This document shows, piece by piece, positions 59,247 through 64,000 of a stretch of DNA of 64,000 nucleotides (within the stretch, counting starts at the first letter, position 1; each line of letters opens with the position of its first letter). Under the pieces are notes generated by a model. That model searched no databases. It saw only the letters and a list, made by a program, of their open reading frames with translations, and was not told the origin of the DNA. The stretch is from Bugula neritina (taxonomy: Eukaryota; Animalia; Bryozoa): the NCBI GenBank assembly GCA_964035545.1, contig OZ037773.1, positions 1,455,751 through 1,519,750 of the forward strand. Direction: 5' to 3'. A program made the translations under genes and the position numbers.

Positions 59247-59392
59247 ACACAGTTTTAAAGTTGCTATTCAACTATATTTTATATGACACACTTAATTGAA
59301 AAAAATAAGACTATGCAAGTTTGCATAGTCTTATTTTTGTTAATTAAGTGTGTCATATAAAATATAGTTGAATAGCAACTTTAAAACTGTGT
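59247..59392. repeat. Near-perfect 146-bp palindrome
   Basis: ACACAGTTTTAAAGTTGCTATTCAACTATATTTTATATGACACACTTAATT...TGCAA-GT-TTGCA...AATTAAGTGTGTCATATAAAATATAGTTGAATAGCAACTTTAAAACTGTGT. Confidence 0.9.
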
Positions 59393-60655
59393 CATCACTG
59401 CAGTAGTTGAACAATTAAATGACCGAATTAACCAGTGATCTGCTCTGTTTCACGTCTGAAGATAATATTAAGCTATTATCCCAGAGGGAGGTTTCGTGTC
59501 AGCCAGTTAAATAGAAAGACGACTCCCAAAGCAGTTTCTTTCCTTACCACTCTTGAATCGCAATTGTTATTAAACTAGTGGAATGTTTAAGCGAAAATTG
59601 CACATAACATTGTGTAGTTAGTTTATATAACAAAGCATGGGTGTAATTGTTGCAACTAATACTGTATTTTATATTATAAAACAGGTAGTTAGTATTACTC
59701 TTGCAATATACATAGTAGAATATACAGAGTAGAGAGTACAGAGTAGAGTATACAGAGTATACAGAGTAGAGTACACAGAGTATACAGAGTAGAGTATACA
59801 GTAGTAGAATATTCAGTATATTATGGTAGTAGAGTATACAGTATATATTGTAGTAGAGTATACAGTATATTGTAGTAGAGTATACAGTATAATATGGTAG
59901 TAGAATATACAGTATACATCTTAGTTAAGTATATATAATAGAAAACTAGATATCAAGCTTGTTCAAGACTTGGCTTAGCCATGGTAGATCAGGTGCATGT
60001 AGAGCAATCAGTTATATAATATTTTCATTTGTATCTTTTCTCAAATCTAAACTTGGATTGCCAACATCTGCATTGTAAAGGTTAGAAAACCATAGTTGTT
60101 TCTAACGTAACCTTACAGCACATGCTACTAGTTTACACATATCAGCAACTTATTGTTCAATTTATTATAACTTTTACATTGCCATTTATGGCACCATTCT
60201 GAACTTGTAGCTCAAACCAAACACTGCTTAAACCGTACAACATGGCTGCCATAACTACACCCCATCTGAGTCTAAGAAAGATGAAACTGTAAAAGGTAAC
60301 GTATATTTTGAATTTGGAAAAAGTGACAGAAAATGATAATAGAAGAGTATAAGAGAATGTAGCACCAATATATAGTAAGAGCCCTCGTATAGGCAAATTA
60401 TATAATATAATATAATATAATATAATATAATAACAATAATATAACAGTATTAACATAATAGCAACAATATAATGTACATTAAAACAACTGAAGTAAAGGC
60501 TTATTTAAACAAAAAACAAAATAACCAAGTATCGATTAATCACTATTAACTTTGACATAGACTGTACACTACTGCGTCTCTGTGTACACTACTGCGTCTC
60601 TGTGTACACTACTAAGGAAAGAAAGGACCTTGACCTCAGACAAAGTGAGCAGATA

Positions 60656-63600
60656 TTAAGCAGGGAAATATTTGACTCTGGAGTAGAGAGTTGAAGGAGG
60701 TCCCCCTTTCTGCCAGACAATGAGACGACCAGAGTTGGTGCAGGCAGCTAGGTACTGACTATCTTGAGCATAGGTGCAGCTGGAATATACCATATTATAT
60801 AATATGATACTGTATTATATCATATTATATGATACTGTATTATATGATGCTATGATGCGATACTGTATTATATGATACCATACCGTATTATATGATATCA
60901 TACCATATTAAATAATATGATGCCATACTGTGTATTATATAACATCGTACTGTATTGTATGATATTATGTTTTAGTACTAAATATATGATACTATATTAC
61001 ACCCTACTGTATTATATGATACTATATTATACTGTACTATACCCTACTATATTATGGCAGAAATGTATAAGAGTGTAACGTACCACATAAAAGGTTCAGA
61101 GAGTCCAGGAACAGAAAGAGTACGAAGAGGTTTCAAGTCCCAGGAGCTCCATAGCCTAGAATATCGTATTATAGTAACTCAGTGTGACTACTGGATGTAT
61201 AGTGATGACTGAGTGTATAGTAATGACTGAGTGTATAGTAATGACTGAGTGTATAGTAGTAGTGACTGAGTGTACAGTGATGACTGAGTGTATAGTAGTG
61301 ACTGAGTTTATAGTAGTGACTGAGTGTATAGTAATGGCTGAGTGTATAGTAATGGCTGAGTTTATAGTAGTGACTGAGTGTATAGTAATGGCTGAGTGTA
61401 CAGTAATGACTGAGTGTATAGTAGTGACTGAGTGTATAGTGATGACTGAGTGTATAGTAGTGACTGAGTGTATAGTAGTGACCAAGTGCATAGTACTAGT
61501 GACTGAGTGTACAGTAGTGACTGAGTGAGACTGACTCAAGATACTAAATGACTCCAAGACTTACTGGAGAGTTCCATTGCTGAGAGCCCCAACTAAAACA
61601 TTCACTGATTTCCCCTCAGGAGCAGATGAGTAGCACAGCCAATTGACTCTGTCTCTCATAGTCAGACTGGATATAGGGCTGGCATTGACTGTGTACACAT
61701 CTATCACACTGCCCCGCCCTAAAATATCATTGTAAGTTTATAGAACTGCGAATATTATAGGAGTTTCAGATTAGAGTCCACAGGAAAAGGTGAAGGACAA
61801 ACCATGTGGCGAGCAGAAGGCGATGTCCCCCATGGTAGAGCTGACTGTAACACAAGTTATCTCTCGCTGTGTTTCACTTTCCATGCACCTCACGTACATC
61901 AGTCTGAAATGTAATGACATGGTAGAAATAATGCAAATCTTGGCATTTAAGCATGAAAAACTTTTTAATTCACAAACTAGCATTCAATTGAATTTCTCAT
62001 TTGCACTGCAATAAACAGAATTTCAACTGTCCCTTTCGACTAGTGTACAGGGTATGCCATGCACTAAAGCTACATTAGTCAGCGATATGCATAAACTCAG
62101 ACTATTCTGTGTAGATGTAAAGGCAACTAACAACAACTGGTGGGCTGATGAGATAATCAATGTCTACTGGTCAATTTATTCACAGCTACAATGTCTACTG
62201 GTCAATTTCTTCACAGCCACAATGTCTACTGGTCAATTTCTTCACAGCCACAATGTCTACTGGTCAATTTCTCCACAGCCACAATGTCCACTGGTCAATT
62301 TCTCCACAGCCACAATGTCTACTGGTCAATTTATTCACAGCCACAATGTCTACTGGTCAATTTATTTATAGCTACAATGTCTACTGGTCAATTTCTCCAC
62401 AGCCACAATGTCTACTAGCCAGCTACTCACTTGTTCAAGTCCCAGATGACACAAAGACCCGACTTGTCAGCCGACACGATGATGCTATACTCAGGGGAGA
62501 CAACTAGAGATGTGATGGCCGAATGATGAGCGGTCAGGGTGGTCACCAGACTCACCCATGAAATCTCACACGACTACAAGCGTATATATGAGAGCAAAGG
62601 CAATGCAATACAAGAGGGATCTAATACTGCTGTTAAAATTTGCTTAGCCTGAGGGCATTGACTTCGTACAGAAAGTATGATCTTTACCTGCTGTTTAGAG
62701 TAGCTCAGCCTGTGAACCTGTATAAACCCAGTGTCTGAGGCTATGAGCAGGAGTCTGCAATCAGCAAGGCTGGCACAAGCAGTCACCTACGCAGTCGATA
62801 GAAAGATGAAACCATCACAGTAAAAGGTAGTAGGAGAGAATAGAGAGTACAGAGTAGAGAGTACAGAGTAGAGAGTACAGAGTAAACAGTAGAGAGTACA
62901 GAGTAGTGAGTACAGAGTAGAGAATACAGAGTAGCGAGTACAGAGTAGTGAGTACAGAGTAGAAAGTACAGAGTAGAGAGTACAGAGTAGAGGGTACAGA
63001 GTAGTGAGTACAGAGTAGAGAGTACAGAGTAGTGAGTACAGAGTAGAGAGTACAGAGTAGTGAGTACAGAGTAGAGAGTACAGAGTAGAGAGTACAGAGT
63101 AGAGAGTACAGAGTAGAGAATACAGAGTAGAGAGTACAGAGTAGAGGGTACAGAGTAGTGAGTACAGAGTAGAGAGTACAGAGTAGTGAGTACAGAGTAG
63201 AGAGTACAGAGTAGTGAGTACAGAGTAGAGAGTACAGAGTAGAGAGTACAGAGTAGAGAGTACAGAGTAGAGAGTACAGAGTAGTGAGTACAGAATAGTG
63301 AATAGAGTAGAGAGAAGTATATAGAGTACAGAGTACATATAATAGACTGAGTATAAATTAACCACACATATGTATATACACACCTGATACATAATTCAAA
63401 CTGTTTGGTATAAAAGAATCTCATAAAAACTTTGACTGACAAACTTGCTGGGTACTATATTGCACGTGTTGTATCACAGGCATGGGTTATCGACAAGGCA
63501 TTGTGGGTAGCTCACCTTGAATGGTAAAGACACAAAGTTGATTGGCTGCTTATCTTTCTGAATCTGTAGCCTGAGAACATTGTCAGAGTTTCCCCAGCAA

Positions 63601-63661
63601 AGTCGGGCAGCCCAAATACAGTCCGTTCTGGCAGACAGTTCATCCCCTGGAGAACAACACA
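60656..63661 (-). CDS. LYST: Lysosomal trafficking regulator (BEACH-WD40), 3'-terminal exons; gene continues beyond the window
   Basis: Exons 63661-63516, 62786-62688, 62573-62431, 61903-61803, 61718-61565, 61155-61084, 60779-60656. Peptides WGNSDNVLRL..PINFV, H.SAITSLVVSPEYSIIVS..GLCVIWDLNKL.YV, TMGDIA, YTVN, S.APEGKSVNVL.G.LSNG.LQLWSSWDLKPLR match the LYST C-terminal WD40 region as I recall it. Confidence 0.88.
61184..61530. repeat. 18-bp intronic tandem repeat GTGACTGAGTGTATAGTA
   Basis: Directly visible. Confidence 0.85.
62158..62416. repeat. 31-bp intronic tandem repeat ACAATGTCTACTGGTCAATTTCTCCACAGCC
   Basis: Directly visible. Confidence 0.85.
62840..63335. repeat. 14-bp intronic tandem repeat GAGTAGAGAGTACA
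   Basis: Directly visible. Confidence 0.85.
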
Positions 63662-63689
63662 CTGGACATTGCAGCATTGTAAATCGTCT

Positions 63690-64000
63690 CATAGTAATGT
63701 ATTCCAGAGTAATGCAAATCATAGTAATGTATATCATAGTAATGTATTTCATAGTAATGTATATCCTAGTAATGTATATCATAGTAATGTATATCATAGT
63801 AATGTATATCCTAGTAATGTATATCATAGTAATGTATATCATAGTAATGCAAATCATAGTAATGCATATCACAGTAATGTATATCATAGTAATGTATATC
63901 ATAGTAATGCATATCATAGTAATGCATATCATAGTAATGTATATCATAGCAATGCATATCATAGTAATGTATATCATAGTAATGTATATCATAGTAATGT
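63690..64000. repeat. 15-bp intronic tandem repeat ATAGTAATGTATATC
   Basis: Directly visible; runs off the window end. Confidence 0.88.

Noticed and set aside
54421-63661. Functional link between sulfotransferase/LYST and the Ly6 cluster
   Set aside because: Only adjacency; no shared regulatory sequence seen.

Overview
AT-rich, minisatellite-laden invertebrate (probably protostome) nuclear DNA; the species cannot be established from the sequence. There are four main contents. (1) A tandem cluster of eight four-exon gene units (G1-G8, ~5.8-52.9 kb) for GPI-anchored, 10-cysteine Ly6/uPAR (three-finger, Quiver/Sleepless-like) proteins, with very divergent mature domains but near-identical promoter/signal-peptide and GPI-signal DNA. 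(2) A recent segmental duplication (~3.8-12.7 kb vs ~24.1-34.0 kb) of a convergent gene pair, in which each copy appears to have crippled a different gene. (3) Between the two copies, an ~11.4 kb insertion pile bounded by (TA)n tracts: an internally inverted mariner relic; a GC-rich rearranged orphan rDNA unit (IGS-like repeats, 28S and 5.8S on minus, 18S flipped onto plus, internal deletions) carrying a 5'-truncated R2 retrotransposon at the canonical 28S site; and a 5'-truncated RTE-clade LINE. (4) At the right end, a complete 7-coding-exon cytosolic sulfotransferase and the 3' WD40 exons of LYST, both on minus. Four copies of a tRNA-derived SINE, a Tc1-like element, several MITE-like hairpins and many minisatellites are also present. 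All gene models are manual (GT-AG, phase-checked) and have no transcript support.
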